From a virus (lineage: Duplodnaviria; Caudoviricetes), in the IMG/VR virus record IMGVR_UViG_3300006099_000007, positions 15,529-79,528 of that record: a stretch of DNA of 64,000 nt; one strand, 5' to 3'. Shown here piece after piece: positions 1-8,680 of this stretch. The notes under the pieces are model-generated. The model ran no database searches. It had not been told where the DNA came from and worked only from the letters and a program-made list of their open reading frames with translations. The position numbers were made by a program, and so were the translations under genes. Each line of letters starts with the position of its first letter. The stretch's first letter is position 1.

Positions 1-1
1 G

Positions 2-1123
2 GATGGCACCGTCAGCGGGGGGACTTGTAATCAGATTTACGGCATCACGAGATTTTGGCAGTCCCTTGATGTACGGAGTGGAGGTTGGTGGCGTGGAACA
101 ATGATGTATGAAACGGGCATGCTTAACATTGCCCAGGGGGCAAGCCTGAACTGTATTGGACCCGCCACTTTTGCAAGCACACTTAACGCTAATGGCGGCG
201 TCAATATTCCGCTTGCCGTGGGGGCACCGACAGCCACGGGGGTGGTTAATCGCCTGTACGCGGCGGGCATGGCCGGAGTGACAGACATTTTTTCCCTTCA
301 TTTTTACCTTAATACGGGCAGTATTACAGCCACCGGGACGGCGCAAACTTCTGTTCTTGTCGCTGGGCTGTACGCGCGGGTGAACGTTCCTGCGAATACG
401 CACAGCACGATCGTTTGTGCTTTTACAGGACCGGCCGGGCAATGGAATTATTCTAGTTTTGCGGGTTTTTCTATCCCCTGGCAATTAACGGGCGCGGGAA
501 AGTTGACTATTGGCATAGGGAGGGGGAGCAAGGCGACGCGGAAAGATTTAACGCTGGATTCTTACAGTATCATCCCCGGAAATGATCTGGCCTACAATAC
601 CGGCGAAATTCTGGATATTACGTTTGACAATGAGCGCGATGCGGCGCGTGGCGGGTATGTCGTCCGCGTACGGGAAATATACGCAGCCGAGACCGCGCGG
701 AAGTGGATGGTAAAGACCACAACCAGCTTTATCCCGGCGACGCAAAACGAGCCAATTCCCTATATTGTCAATAAAGTCATTTATCATCAATATGCCCCCC
801 GATCGTACAATGCCGGGGATTATGGGGACGCCTATGGCTCATTGTATTTGATGACAGGCGGGGGAAGCAGTCAGCAACTTTGGAAGATTGCCGCGGTGCG
901 CGGCGTGACCACCTTTGAAACGGGCACGGGATTTTCCACGCTTGTAACAGACATGACGGGAATTTCCGGTGGATCTGTCAGCGTGTTTGTTGGGGCGGCG
1001 GAGCGCACCAACTACCAGCCCGGCAACGTCAATCCGGTTTATTACGCTCTGGAAGCTTTGGCTGTCAATGCCATTGAATCCGAGGAAACGGCTGATTTTG
1101 TGGACATTAACATTCCCTTGTAA
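2..1123 (+). CDS. Tail fibre/receptor-binding protein, C-terminal part (5' truncated by window)
   Basis: Frame open from position 2. Shares NANGG(V/I)NIPLAVGAPT..VNRLYA with the 33088-35046 fibre and has the same downstream gene neighbours. Confidence 0.7.
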   Translation, partial: DGTVSGGTCNQIYGITRFWQSLDVRSGGWWRGTMMYETGMLNIAQGASLNCIGPATFASTLNANGGVNIPLAVGAPTATGVVNRLYAAGMAGVTDIFSLHFYLNTGSITATGTAQTSVLVAGLYARVNVPANTHSTIVCAFTGPAGQWNYSSFAGFSIPWQLTGAGKLTIGIGRGSKATRKDLTLDSYSIIPGNDLAYNTGEILDITFDNERDAARGGYVVRVREIYAAETARKWMVKTTTSFIPATQNEPIPYIVNKVIYHQYAPRSYNAGDYGDAYGSLYLMTGGGSSQQLWKIAAVRGVTTFETGTGFSTLVTDMTGISGGSVSVFVGAAERTNYQPGNVNPVYYALEALAVNAIESEETADFVDINIPL

Positions 1124-1125
1124 TC

Positions 1126-1533
1126 ATGAGTAACGCAGAAATACAGATACATTTTCCCCGGCCCGGCGAATGGGAAGAATTTACCTTGACGCCCATTTAC
1201 CAGGCCGCGGGCGGTTATCGACCTCCGGCGCGCTTTACGCAGGACAATATACCCGTGGATCAAGCCCCGGCGATGCGGGCGGTAGTTGCCGCTCTGGTGG
1301 GGCTGGGTGAGGACTGGCAAGCGGGACAGGTTTGGGCGCGGTTGAAAGAGATTTGCGCCAGGCAGGGGGATGATCCTGTGCGGACGGTGGAAACCGTGGA
1401 TTTGACCGTGGAGGCCGTCAACTCTCAAGGGGGCCGCCGGATTTTCACAGCCCGTGACTACCCCGAATTTACGGTTTCTTCACCCGCCGCCGTGGACTTT
1501 TTCAAATACTTCACAAAGCAAAACCATGAGTAA
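1126..1533 (+). CDS. Tail-fibre-associated (assembly/chaperone-like) protein
   Basis: Directly follows the fibre gene. Close paralog of 35039-35458 (EIQIxFPRPGxWxEFTLTPIY..AGGYRPPARF). Confidence 0.6.
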   Translation: MSNAEIQIHFPRPGEWEEFTLTPIYQAAGGYRPPARFTQDNIPVDQAPAMRAVVAALVGLGEDWQAGQVWARLKEICARQGDDPVRTVETVDLTVEAVNSQGGRRIFTARDYPEFTVSSPAAVDFFKYFTKQNHE

Positions 1534-1843
1534 ATTAAGTGACGAGCAAAAGCAGGCCGCCCTTGAGGCGGGGAAGCAGGGCATGAAAGATGCCTACGAA
1601 AAAAGCAAAACTAAAACCGGCCTGAAGTGGTGGGAACGCCTTTTGTGGGTAGTCCTGGCAGGTGCTGCCTATGCGGCTTCCGCTCTGCTGGGTGGCTGCG
1701 GCCATTCCGTTGACGTGACGCCGAAAAAGACGGTGGTATGCAAGGACGGTTCCTGCCTGGTGCTGGAGCCGGGGCATATCTCCTATTCCCAGGCCCAGCC
1801 GGAAACGGACGTTCCGCCCGTCGTTCAATCCCTGAAAAAGTGA
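1526..1843 (+). CDS. Membrane lipoprotein-like lysis-region protein (possible spanin)
   Basis: ATG at 1526; TM helix followed by LGGC lipobox; C-terminus nearly identical to 35455-35922. Confidence 0.5.
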   Translation: MSKLSDEQKQAALEAGKQGMKDAYEKSKTKTGLKWWERLLWVVLAGAAYAASALLGGCGHSVDVTPKKTVVCKDGSCLVLEPGHISYSQAQPETDVPPVVQSLKK

Positions 1844-1847
1844 AGCC

Positions 1848-2126
1848 ATGACCGGATCTGTTGTCAACGCGGGCCTGCTGGGGGCTAATGCCCTGTCCGT
1901 GATTGCGTCCGTCACGTCAGGCAACCCGTTTTTGGAGTACATCCAGAACGGGGCGAGCGTGGCCGCGGTTATGGGAATTTTTCTGTGGCGGGAAATGAAA
2001 CGGGCGGAACGTTATGAGCGGCTTTATGACGAAGAACGCAAAAAACGCATTGATGCGGAAAATAAATGTTCCGGCTGTGAGTTCGTCCGCAAGGCGCATG
2101 AAGAATTCCTGGACAACAGGGACTAG
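1848..2126 (+). CDS. Putative holin
   Basis: Small, hydrophobic N-terminus, charged C-terminus, upstream of the endolysin. Confidence 0.5.
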   Translation: MTGSVVNAGLLGANALSVIASVTSGNPFLEYIQNGASVAAVMGIFLWREMKRAERYERLYDEERKKRIDAENKCSGCEFVRKAHEEFLDNRD

Positions 2127-2129
2127 TTT

Positions 2130-2157
2130 CAACTGTAAAGTTTTTCTTACAAGTTCC
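2130..2157. repeat. 28-bp linker CAACTGTAAAGTTTTTCTTACAAGTTCC, copy 1
   Basis: Exact copy at 36158-36185; both copies lie directly downstream of a holin-like gene. Confidence 0.9.
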
Positions 2158-2182
2158 AACCATTTAACAATTAAATAATTAT

Positions 2183-2875
2183 ATGATTATCAAAGAATAT
2201 CAGGAATTCAAACCCGTTCAGCGAGCCCTGGGGCTGAAAGCGGATGGTTTGCCGGGGCCTAAAACGCTGGCCGCCGTAGCTCTGAAATTGCGCTGTCATG
2301 AAATATGGTCCGCGGTCCAGGCCGCCGTGAACGTGACGCCTGACGGCATCCCCGGCCCTGCCACGGCCCGCGGCATTGCCGCCGCCCTGGACATTGCCCT
2401 GCCCCGGTCCTGGCCTGACCAGGCAACCGTCCGTGCCGGTCTTTCCATTTTTGGCCGTGCAGGAGATGAAAACAACCTTGTTTCTATTGTCCCCCCTTAT
2501 CCTTTATATTATGAGGGGCGGCCCGTGAAAACGATCCGCGTGCATCAGGCGATTGCCCAGGACGTTCAGGCGGCCCTGGCGGAAGTCCTGGCCGCGTATG
2601 GCCTGGACCGGATCCGCGCGCTTCACCTGGACCAGTATGGCGGATCCTACAATGACCGCAGCACGGCCGGAGGCAAAAGCAAGAGCATGCACGCCTGGGG
2701 GATTGCCCTGGACTTTGACCCGGAACGGAACAGTTATTCCTGCAAGGCCCCCCATGCCGGGCTTTCCCGCCCGGAGTGTGAAGAATGGTGGAGGATTTGG
2801 GAAGCCCATGGGGCCGTTTCCCTGGGCCGTGAACGGAATTATGACTGGATGCACCTTCAGTTCGCGCGGCTGTAA
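2183..2875 (+). CDS. Endolysin: peptidoglycan-binding repeats plus M15-type peptidase
   Basis: N-terminal DGxPGPxT repeats; C-terminal SMHAWGIALDFD and DWMHLQ Zn motifs. Confidence 0.85.
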   Translation: MIIKEYQEFKPVQRALGLKADGLPGPKTLAAVALKLRCHEIWSAVQAAVNVTPDGIPGPATARGIAAALDIALPRSWPDQATVRAGLSIFGRAGDENNLVSIVPPYPLYYEGRPVKTIRVHQAIAQDVQAALAEVLAAYGLDRIRALHLDQYGGSYNDRSTAGGKSKSMHAWGIALDFDPERNSYSCKAPHAGLSRPECEEWWRIWEAHGAVSLGRERNYDWMHLQFARL

Positions 2876-2920
2876 AACAGTAATCTTTTGAGCGTCAAAA
2901 AATTACAGAGTAAAAATATC

Positions 2921-2949
2921 TTGCGGAAAGTTCCGTTTTTCTGTATATT
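2921..2949 (+). promoter_or_regulatory. Sigma70-like promoter for the small peptide gene
   Basis: TTGCGG-17 bp-TATATT. Confidence 0.55.
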
Positions 2950-2994
2950 TGCCGTGCCGGGTTGGTCCCGGAACTAAGAAAGGAGGTGTAATAT

Positions 2995-3057
2995 GTGATA
3001 ATAGACTGGCATTCAATACAACGGCTGATTGAGCTTTTGATAGTTCTGTTCAGCTGA
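2995..3057 (+). CDS. 20-aa hydrophobic peptide MIIDWHSIQRLIELLIVLFS, candidate type I toxin
   Basis: AGGAGG at 2981-2986, GTG start 8 nt later, TGA at 3055, upstream promoter and downstream hairpin. Confidence 0.65.
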   Translation: MIIDWHSIQRLIELLIVLFS

Positions 3058-3134
3058 CAAAAAAGGCCCCGGCTGTTCCAGCAGCCGGGGCCGATTGTTT
3101 AGAAGGTGAACATGTGATGTTCGGCAATCAATAC
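3058..3134 (-). ncRNA. Candidate antisense antitoxin sRNA of about 77 nt
   Basis: Minus-strand TTGACA(3168-3163)-16 bp-CATAGT; two segments complementary to the peptide mRNA; ends in the hairpin plus U-tract. Confidence 0.6.
3059..3092. terminator. Intrinsic terminator shared by the peptide gene and sRNA
   Basis: 11-bp stem GGCCCCGGCTG/CAGCCGGGGCC with an A-tract on the left. Confidence 0.8.
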
Positions 3135-3220
3135 GTCCTTACTATGCTCTTTTTGCCGGATTTGTCAAGCGTGCGGTTGTCATGCTGGCGCGGCTAATAA
3201 TGCCGCTTTTTTTATCATCG

Positions 3221-4951
3221 TCAGGATATTTGAAACGTATATTTTTTGCTACGCTTCTTCCCGCGGGAATCCCATTTGACGGTGCGGCCGTCATTTAATT
3301 TGAATGTCTTCCCTCCGTAGGTTGAATTAAGAAGGAAGGAAAAGCGTTTGTTGGATGCCTGGGTGAGTTTGTAACGGGGTATCTTGCTTTCATGCCCGGT
3401 TTCGTCCGTTTCCGTCACGTATTCCGTACGTGCGTCAATAAGAGATTCAAATGAGTTGCGTTCAATGCAGATTTCTATGATTTCGTCCCATTTGATTTCT
3501 CCGTATGTTTCACCGGGCTTCAGGCGTGCCACCGCCGTTTGCACCAAGTCGCGCATGTCCTGAAGGTTTTGGTCTCCGCCTCCGTATATTTCATCAGGAC
3601 GTTCCCCGAACGGATCGCCAATGCCAAGCAGGGAGACAATGCCCGCAATAATGGATGATGTGCGTTGAAACCCTGCTCTTGTTTTGTCCGGCATGGGCCG
3701 TTTTTGCTCTATCCAGTTGCGAACAAACGCATGCAGGCAGGCCAGCAGTTCTGCCCGGTTGCCGGAGTCCTGAATGGTTTCAAGGTCAATGACGCGCTGA
3801 ACTGTCCGGTCCTGGGGATTGGATTCTGTCAAATTCAAGTCGCATATCAGCAGCCGGGAAGCAAGGTCTGTGTTCCACTCCAGGGAGTTTCCGGTGATGA
3901 AGACGGTGGCGCAGTTTTGCTTGGTAACAAGAGATTGCGTATGAAATGGGCGTATGTCTTGGGAGACGGAAGAAATGAAGGATTCTAAACAAGTAGATTG
4001 CAGCTTGCCGCGCAGGTTGTCAAAATAGACGTAGGGCGCGCGGGTGTTAAGGATGGTGTTCAAGACGCCCTGAAGCTTTTCGTCGTCATAATACCATGGA
4101 TGTTTTGCGTTATTGTTGTACGTGATGCCGGTGGCAAGGTCTGCCAATAGTGATTTGCCGGATCTTTGAGAATTGGAGGTATAGACATAACCAAGTCGAG
4201 GTGAGGACAAAGGGAGCATGGCGGATGCGTACAGGGCGACGCAGGCGCAGGTATGGACCGCAAATGAGCGGGATGTGGCGGATGTGGCCCGTTCCTGGAG
4301 GTCAGAGGAAGACCAGTCCAGGAAGGGGAATTCTTTATGCCAGTTGCGCCAGATAAGCAAGGCTTGCTCCAACGGCATTTCCGTGTCGTAGTCCACGGCG
4401 GTTTTCAGGGTGTAGATCTTACTTTCCGGATCATAGCCGCGTTGGTTGAGGTGGTAGGAGCCATTAGGGAGCATGGCCGGGGTGATTTGGTCGTGGATTT
4501 TGATCAATTCCGGGATGGCCGTGAGGAATTCCATGGATGAAAGGGTGAGCTTTGCTAGCGGTTCCTTCATGGGCTGGTAAACGAGCGTTGAATCATCTTT
4601 GGAGCGGAAAGCGCACGGGCAGATATATTTTTCCGCGGCGGAAATGAAATTGTTGGGGTTAAGGTACACGGTTTTGCCGTCGTCTGTGATATACACAGGA
4701 GAGCCGGCCAGATTATAAATAGGGGCATTGGCGCGTTGGAGGGCTATGGCAACACGTTCGCACCATTGGGGGGTTGTCGTGCCATTTTTGGAGGGCATGG
4801 CAACTTTGATTCTTCCGTCCGGTGTAAGGTCGTCTCCGGCAGGGGCGGGGCCTGGTTGCTCCAGACCGGCCAGAAATTGCTGAAGATCCGCTCCGGAGGC
4901 GTTGGTTAGCAAATTTTGTAATTTGAGAATAAGTTCTTGGGGGGAAGTCAT
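3221..4951 (-). CDS. Phage replication helicase-like P-loop NTPase (SF3/D5-like)
   Basis: Walker A SQRSGKS, Walker B VYFDN, FITGN motif; ATGA overlap with the upstream primase sets the start at 4951. Confidence 0.7.
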   Translation of the reverse strand: MTSPQELILKLQNLLTNASGADLQQFLAGLEQPGPAPAGDDLTPDGRIKVAMPSKNGTTTPQWCERVAIALQRANAPIYNLAGSPVYITDDGKTVYLNPNNFISAAEKYICPCAFRSKDDSTLVYQPMKEPLAKLTLSSMEFLTAIPELIKIHDQITPAMLPNGSYHLNQRGYDPESKIYTLKTAVDYDTEMPLEQALLIWRNWHKEFPFLDWSSSDLQERATSATSRSFAVHTCACVALYASAMLPLSSPRLGYVYTSNSQRSGKSLLADLATGITYNNNAKHPWYYDDEKLQGVLNTILNTRAPYVYFDNLRGKLQSTCLESFISSVSQDIRPFHTQSLVTKQNCATVFITGNSLEWNTDLASRLLICDLNLTESNPQDRTVQRVIDLETIQDSGNRAELLACLHAFVRNWIEQKRPMPDKTRAGFQRTSSIIAGIVSLLGIGDPFGERPDEIYGGGDQNLQDMRDLVQTAVARLKPGETYGEIKWDEIIEICIERNSFESLIDARTEYVTETDETGHESKIPRYKLTQASNKRFSFLLNSTYGGKTFKLNDGRTVKWDSRGKKRSKKYTFQIS

Positions 4952-6162
4952 TTTTTGGGAGGGAGTAAGGGGGTGAGAGATTGGAGGGCAGCATTGAGGC
5001 CGTAGGTGGTGCAGGCTGCGGCGGCTTGCTGGATCAAGGGAACCGGCCATTCATCCGGCCGGGCAACGATTTCCGCGGCGCGGGTTGTCCAGTCCTGTTC
5101 TACGTTGCGGAGCGGAGTGGCGTAGAGTAAGGGGCGCAGGGTAGGGCGCGGGTTGAAATACAAAAGTTCCTGAAGTTTTTCCTGGCCGTTTACGGTGCGA
5201 TAACAGCCGGGCAGCCGCGGCATGACAAGATGATTTGTGAGGGCCTGGATGTCTGCGCCAATGAGGGCTAAGGCGGGCTTTATCTGGTCCACATACCCGC
5301 GCCATTCTTCGTGTGTGGCTGCTTCCAGGCGGAAGAGTACATGCAGAGATCGGGATCCGGAGAAGGTGATGGAGACAATGGGGAGGGGTAGAGTAATGAG
5401 TGCCTGGAGCCATTGCTTCACGTCGTCCATTTGATCTGATTCCAGCAAGGCATGACGCCAGGTGAGGACGCATTCTGAAGAGCGGCGGCTTTTTTTCCCG
5501 TCCCTGACGCGGAAAAATCCGTCCACGGGCTGCCCCAGGAAGATAATGCCGTCCGGCGCGGCCGTGGGAATGTGTTTGGCCTGGTCTGGCCAGAGGCATT
5601 GACCTTGCGTTTTTCGGTCGGCAAAAATGATTGTTTTTTCACCGCGTGCCGTATCAAACAGGGCGCGTAAATACAGATCCGGCGTAACTATGGCCGGATC
5701 TGTGGCGGAGATGTTGGCGAGGAAATAGCGGGATAATACTGGAGCCCCTTTTTCCGCCAGGGTGGCAATGACGGAAGAATCAAGCTGCGGGACTGGCGGC
5801 GGCCCTGTGGGGGCCTTGGGTGGCGGGTTGTATTTGGCTGGTCCCTTGGCTATGCGTTTAGAGGGGGGCAAGGTAGTCGGTTCCGGTTTTTTGCGTCCTT
5901 GGGATTTGTCGGTGCCGTAGTTACCCTTGGGGCGGCGCGCCGCGTCTTCCAACTTGCGCCGGAGTTCCTTTTCATTCCAAGGCGGTTCGCACCGGGCGTT
6001 AAATGATAACAGGATAGGCCAGGCTTCATCCAAAGATAGATTGTAGTCGTTTACAAGGATGCGGCATGCGCGGAAGGTTGCCGCATGGCCGCCAGAACCG
6101 GAAACAGCCGGTTCCAGGGTATCAATATGTTTTTGTGCGCGGGAAATGGCGTCCATGGTCAA
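4948..6162 (-). CDS. Primase (PriCT-like N-terminus plus AEP/RepB-like domain)
   Basis: AVSGSGGH..NARCEPPWNEKEL N-terminal domain; HALLESD and FSGSRSLH catalytic-type motifs. Confidence 0.75.
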   Translation of the reverse strand: MTMDAISRAQKHIDTLEPAVSGSGGHAATFRACRILVNDYNLSLDEAWPILLSFNARCEPPWNEKELRRKLEDAARRPKGNYGTDKSQGRKKPEPTTLPPSKRIAKGPAKYNPPPKAPTGPPPVPQLDSSVIATLAEKGAPVLSRYFLANISATDPAIVTPDLYLRALFDTARGEKTIIFADRKTQGQCLWPDQAKHIPTAAPDGIIFLGQPVDGFFRVRDGKKSRRSSECVLTWRHALLESDQMDDVKQWLQALITLPLPIVSITFSGSRSLHVLFRLEAATHEEWRGYVDQIKPALALIGADIQALTNHLVMPRLPGCYRTVNGQEKLQELLYFNPRPTLRPLLYATPLRNVEQDWTTRAAEIVARPDEWPVPLIQQAAAACTTYGLNAALQSLTPLLPPKK

Positions 6163-6743
6163 AGGTCAAGATTGAGTTCCGGGTGTTTGCGTGTGCGGTG
6201 GGCGGGGGTGTCCTGCTTCTTTTTCCTGCGGCGTTTCTTTTGGGCCTTCCGGCTGGTCCAGGAAACTTGTGCGAGCTTGTGCAGGGCGGTTTTACCGTAT
6301 TTGTCGATAAGAGCTTGAGCTTGGGCGGGTGTTAAGGAGTCCAGGAAAGCGTTGCAGGCATGCGCCCGCATGGATGATGCGCTGATTGTGTCGCTGGTCA
6401 GCAGAGCGAGATCGGAATGAGACAAGTTTTTTACTGATTCCGGGCAGTATAGTTTGGCGAGTTTGTAAACATTCCGGGTGACGCGTTGCGGGTGGTAGCC
6501 GTTACGGAAGATGATAGTGAAAATTCCGATAAGGATATGTAGGCGGGCGTCCGCTATTTCTTCTTTCACCACGTCAAGCTGATGATGATTCAAACCGCAT
6601 TCATAGAGTTCTTTTGAGAGTTCAGGGAGGATGGGAGCGGCATCAAAAGGCGCATTCCATTGTTCCTGCGTTTCGCCGTAGGCGTGCAGCAGGTAGTCCA
6701 GCCAATCGCCGTAAACGTGTATAACAGAGGGGCTGGAACTCAT
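6159..6743 (-). CDS. Hypothetical phage protein
   Basis: Coupled (ATGA overlap) to the primase gene. Confidence 0.55.
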   Translation of the reverse strand: MSSSPSVIHVYGDWLDYLLHAYGETQEQWNAPFDAAPILPELSKELYECGLNHHQLDVVKEEIADARLHILIGIFTIIFRNGYHPQRVTRNVYKLAKLYCPESVKNLSHSDLALLTSDTISASSMRAHACNAFLDSLTPAQAQALIDKYGKTALHKLAQVSWTSRKAQKKRRRKKKQDTPAHRTRKHPELNLDL

Positions 6744-6800
6744 AATGCACCCTCCTTCCAAGATAAGGCTTGCTCCAAAAGTGGAACTAAAAACAAGATG

Positions 6801-6964
6801 TTTACTACATTTTTTACTACGCTAAAGGCGTAAAATGTTGAAAGTAAACATGGAGGCGGGAGCGGGAATCGAACCCGCGAGTTATTCCGGCATATATTCA
6901 GGGGGTATTTTGTCATGGTTTTACTAGGTTTTTTTATGTTTGTTGTTGATGGATTTACTACGCT
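6801..6964. repeat. Integrase arm-type repeats TTTACTAC(GCT) on both sides of the att core
   Basis: Copies at 6801, 6813, about 6920 (variant) and 6954; TTTACTACGCT is exact at 6813-6823 and 6954-6964. Confidence 0.7.
6851..6879 (-). other. att core: 3' fragment of a tRNA (probably tRNA-Cys)
   Basis: Reverse complement CGCGGGTTCGATTCCCGCTCCCGCCTCCA gives a T-arm, acceptor strand, U discriminator and CCA; lies next to the integrase. Confidence 0.8.
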
Positions 6965-6980
6965 GTACTACGTTGCTCCT

Positions 6981-7997
6981 ATGGCATCCTACTACAAGCG
7001 CAAGGATAGTCCCTATTATTGGGTTGGCGTGATGCGTCCGGATGGGCGGCGGAAATACCGTGCGACAAAAATCAGGCATGACCAGCCTGGGGCCCTGCGG
7101 CGTATTCTGGAATATGTGCGCGGACTGGAGAAAGAGGAACAGATGGCCCGGAATGAAGATGGCCGCCAGTTGTTCAAGGCGTGGGTGCCGGCGTTCCTGG
7201 AAGAGTTTCAACGTGAAGGCACGCGCCGCCGTTATCAGGTGGCGTGGAGGCATTTGGATTTGTTTTTCAGGCTCCGGGATGTTCAGCATCCGGGGGAAGT
7301 GGATTATAACCTGTTGAAAGATTATGTGGCTTTCCGGACGGATGCGGCCATGGCTAAGGAGTACGGTTGGCGCGCGTGTACCCGCAATAGTGCCATTCTG
7401 GAGCTGAAGGTGCTGGGGCGCATCATGACGGAGGCGGTAAGGAAGGGCTATATTTTCGCAAACCCGTGTTATCACATGGGCTTGAGAAAAGACCCGGCGC
7501 GGGAGAAAAGGGAAATCACGAAAGAAGAAGAACGGCGCATTGCGGAAGCCTTGAAAGAAGCTCCGGAATGGATGCGGGATTCTTTCATGATTGCCATGAA
7601 GCAGGGATGCCGGCTGAAGGAAGTTCAGGTGCCCGTGGAACGGGTGGATCTGGAACATGATACTATCCGTTTTCTTGGCAAGGGGGGCCGGATGCACGAG
7701 GCCCCTTTGCATCGGGACATTAGGCCGATTGCGGAAAAGGCCATGCGGGAGGGGCGTTCCTCCCTGGTTAAGTTGCCGGGGAACGCAAGCAAGCAATGGT
7801 GCCAGTTTTTTGACGATTTGGGGATGCCTGATTTGAGTTTCCATTGTACGCGGGTAACGGTAGTGACCCGGCTGGCGCGCGCGGGCTTTTCTGAAGGGCA
7901 ATGTATGCAATATGTAGGGCATGCGTCGGAGCTGGTACATGCGATTTACCGCAAACTGAAAGCGCGTGATGTGGCTCAATTAGGTGATGTTTTGTAG
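6981..7997 (+). CDS. int: Tyrosine integrase
   Basis: GCRLKE, K(GKGG), SFHCTR, VGH and Y motifs; N-terminal SPYYW arm-binding domain. Confidence 0.9.
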   Translation: MASYYKRKDSPYYWVGVMRPDGRRKYRATKIRHDQPGALRRILEYVRGLEKEEQMARNEDGRQLFKAWVPAFLEEFQREGTRRRYQVAWRHLDLFFRLRDVQHPGEVDYNLLKDYVAFRTDAAMAKEYGWRACTRNSAILELKVLGRIMTEAVRKGYIFANPCYHMGLRKDPAREKREITKEEERRIAEALKEAPEWMRDSFMIAMKQGCRLKEVQVPVERVDLEHDTIRFLGKGGRMHEAPLHRDIRPIAEKAMREGRSSLVKLPGNASKQWCQFFDDLGMPDLSFHCTRVTVVTRLARAGFSEGQCMQYVGHASELVHAIYRKLKARDVAQLGDVL

Positions 7998-8260
7998 GCG
8001 TCAAGGTTGCGTTGCGGAATGCCGTGGGGGCCGGTAGGGCTTTTGCGTTCTTTGTACGGGCGGAATTCCGGGTTTGCTTTGAGCCATGCCAGGGCGTCTT
8101 TAATCAGGATGCGGCCGCCTGGGAACGGGCAGCCCCATTTTTTCATTGCGGAGGTGAAAGCCATGGTAACTCCAAGCGCGGCGGCAAGCTGGGTCTGGTT
8201 AAGCAGCCGCGGGGAGTTGCTCGGCAAGTTGCGGAGTTCTTCTTTTTCTTTTTGGGTCAT
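7976..8260 (-). CDS. Excisionase-like HTH protein
   Basis: LLNQTQLAAALGVT helix-turn-helix; convergent on the integrase. Confidence 0.55.
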   Translation of the reverse strand: MTQKEKEELRNLPSNSPRLLNQTQLAAALGVTMAFTSAMKKWGCPFPGGRILIKDALAWLKANPEFRPYKERKSPTGPHGIPQRNLDAYKTSPN

Positions 8261-8278
8261 TGGTGTGTGTGGGGGGGG

Positions 8279-8629
8279 TTAGAGGTGGATGATATAAGGG
8301 GTGATGGCCGTGCAGGGGAGGCCGTGGCGTTTGATGTGGGCGGCGTAGGGTGATGTTGGGATGTGGTGGCGGCAAAAGGTTCCGGAAGTCCGGTGGGTTT
8401 GCAAGTAACAGGTTTCCCCGTCCGTTCCGGATCGGCGGCTGATGACGCAGGCTCCTAAATTGAGGGGGGTGGCCGTTACTGTAGTGTCGGTAATGTCCGG
8501 ATCGGCGGCATTGATTTTGTAGTCAATTTTCTGTTCCGGTGCCCATAGCTGGCAGTTTCCGCAGCATTGGCAAGAGGTGCCGTTGAAGTTGTCTTCAATG
8601 TAACTTGTTTCTATTTTGTAAACATACAT
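8279..8629 (-). CDS. Cys-rich hypothetical protein
   Basis: CQCCGNCQLW..C..C motif; part of the early leftward operon. Confidence 0.5.
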   Translation of the reverse strand: MYVYKIETSYIEDNFNGTSCQCCGNCQLWAPEQKIDYKINAADPDITDTTVTATPLNLGACVISRRSGTDGETCYLQTHRTSGTFCRHHIPTSPYAAHIKRHGLPCTAITPYIIHL

Positions 8630-8680
8630 AATTTTCTAATAAAAGGATATTTATGTTGATTTCTAGCGTGATGGAGTTCT

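Noticed and set aside
6851-6879. att core as a tmRNA 3' end or an intact tRNA
   Set aside because: It ends in U-CCA rather than A-CCA, and no anticodon or D arm is present upstream on the minus strand.
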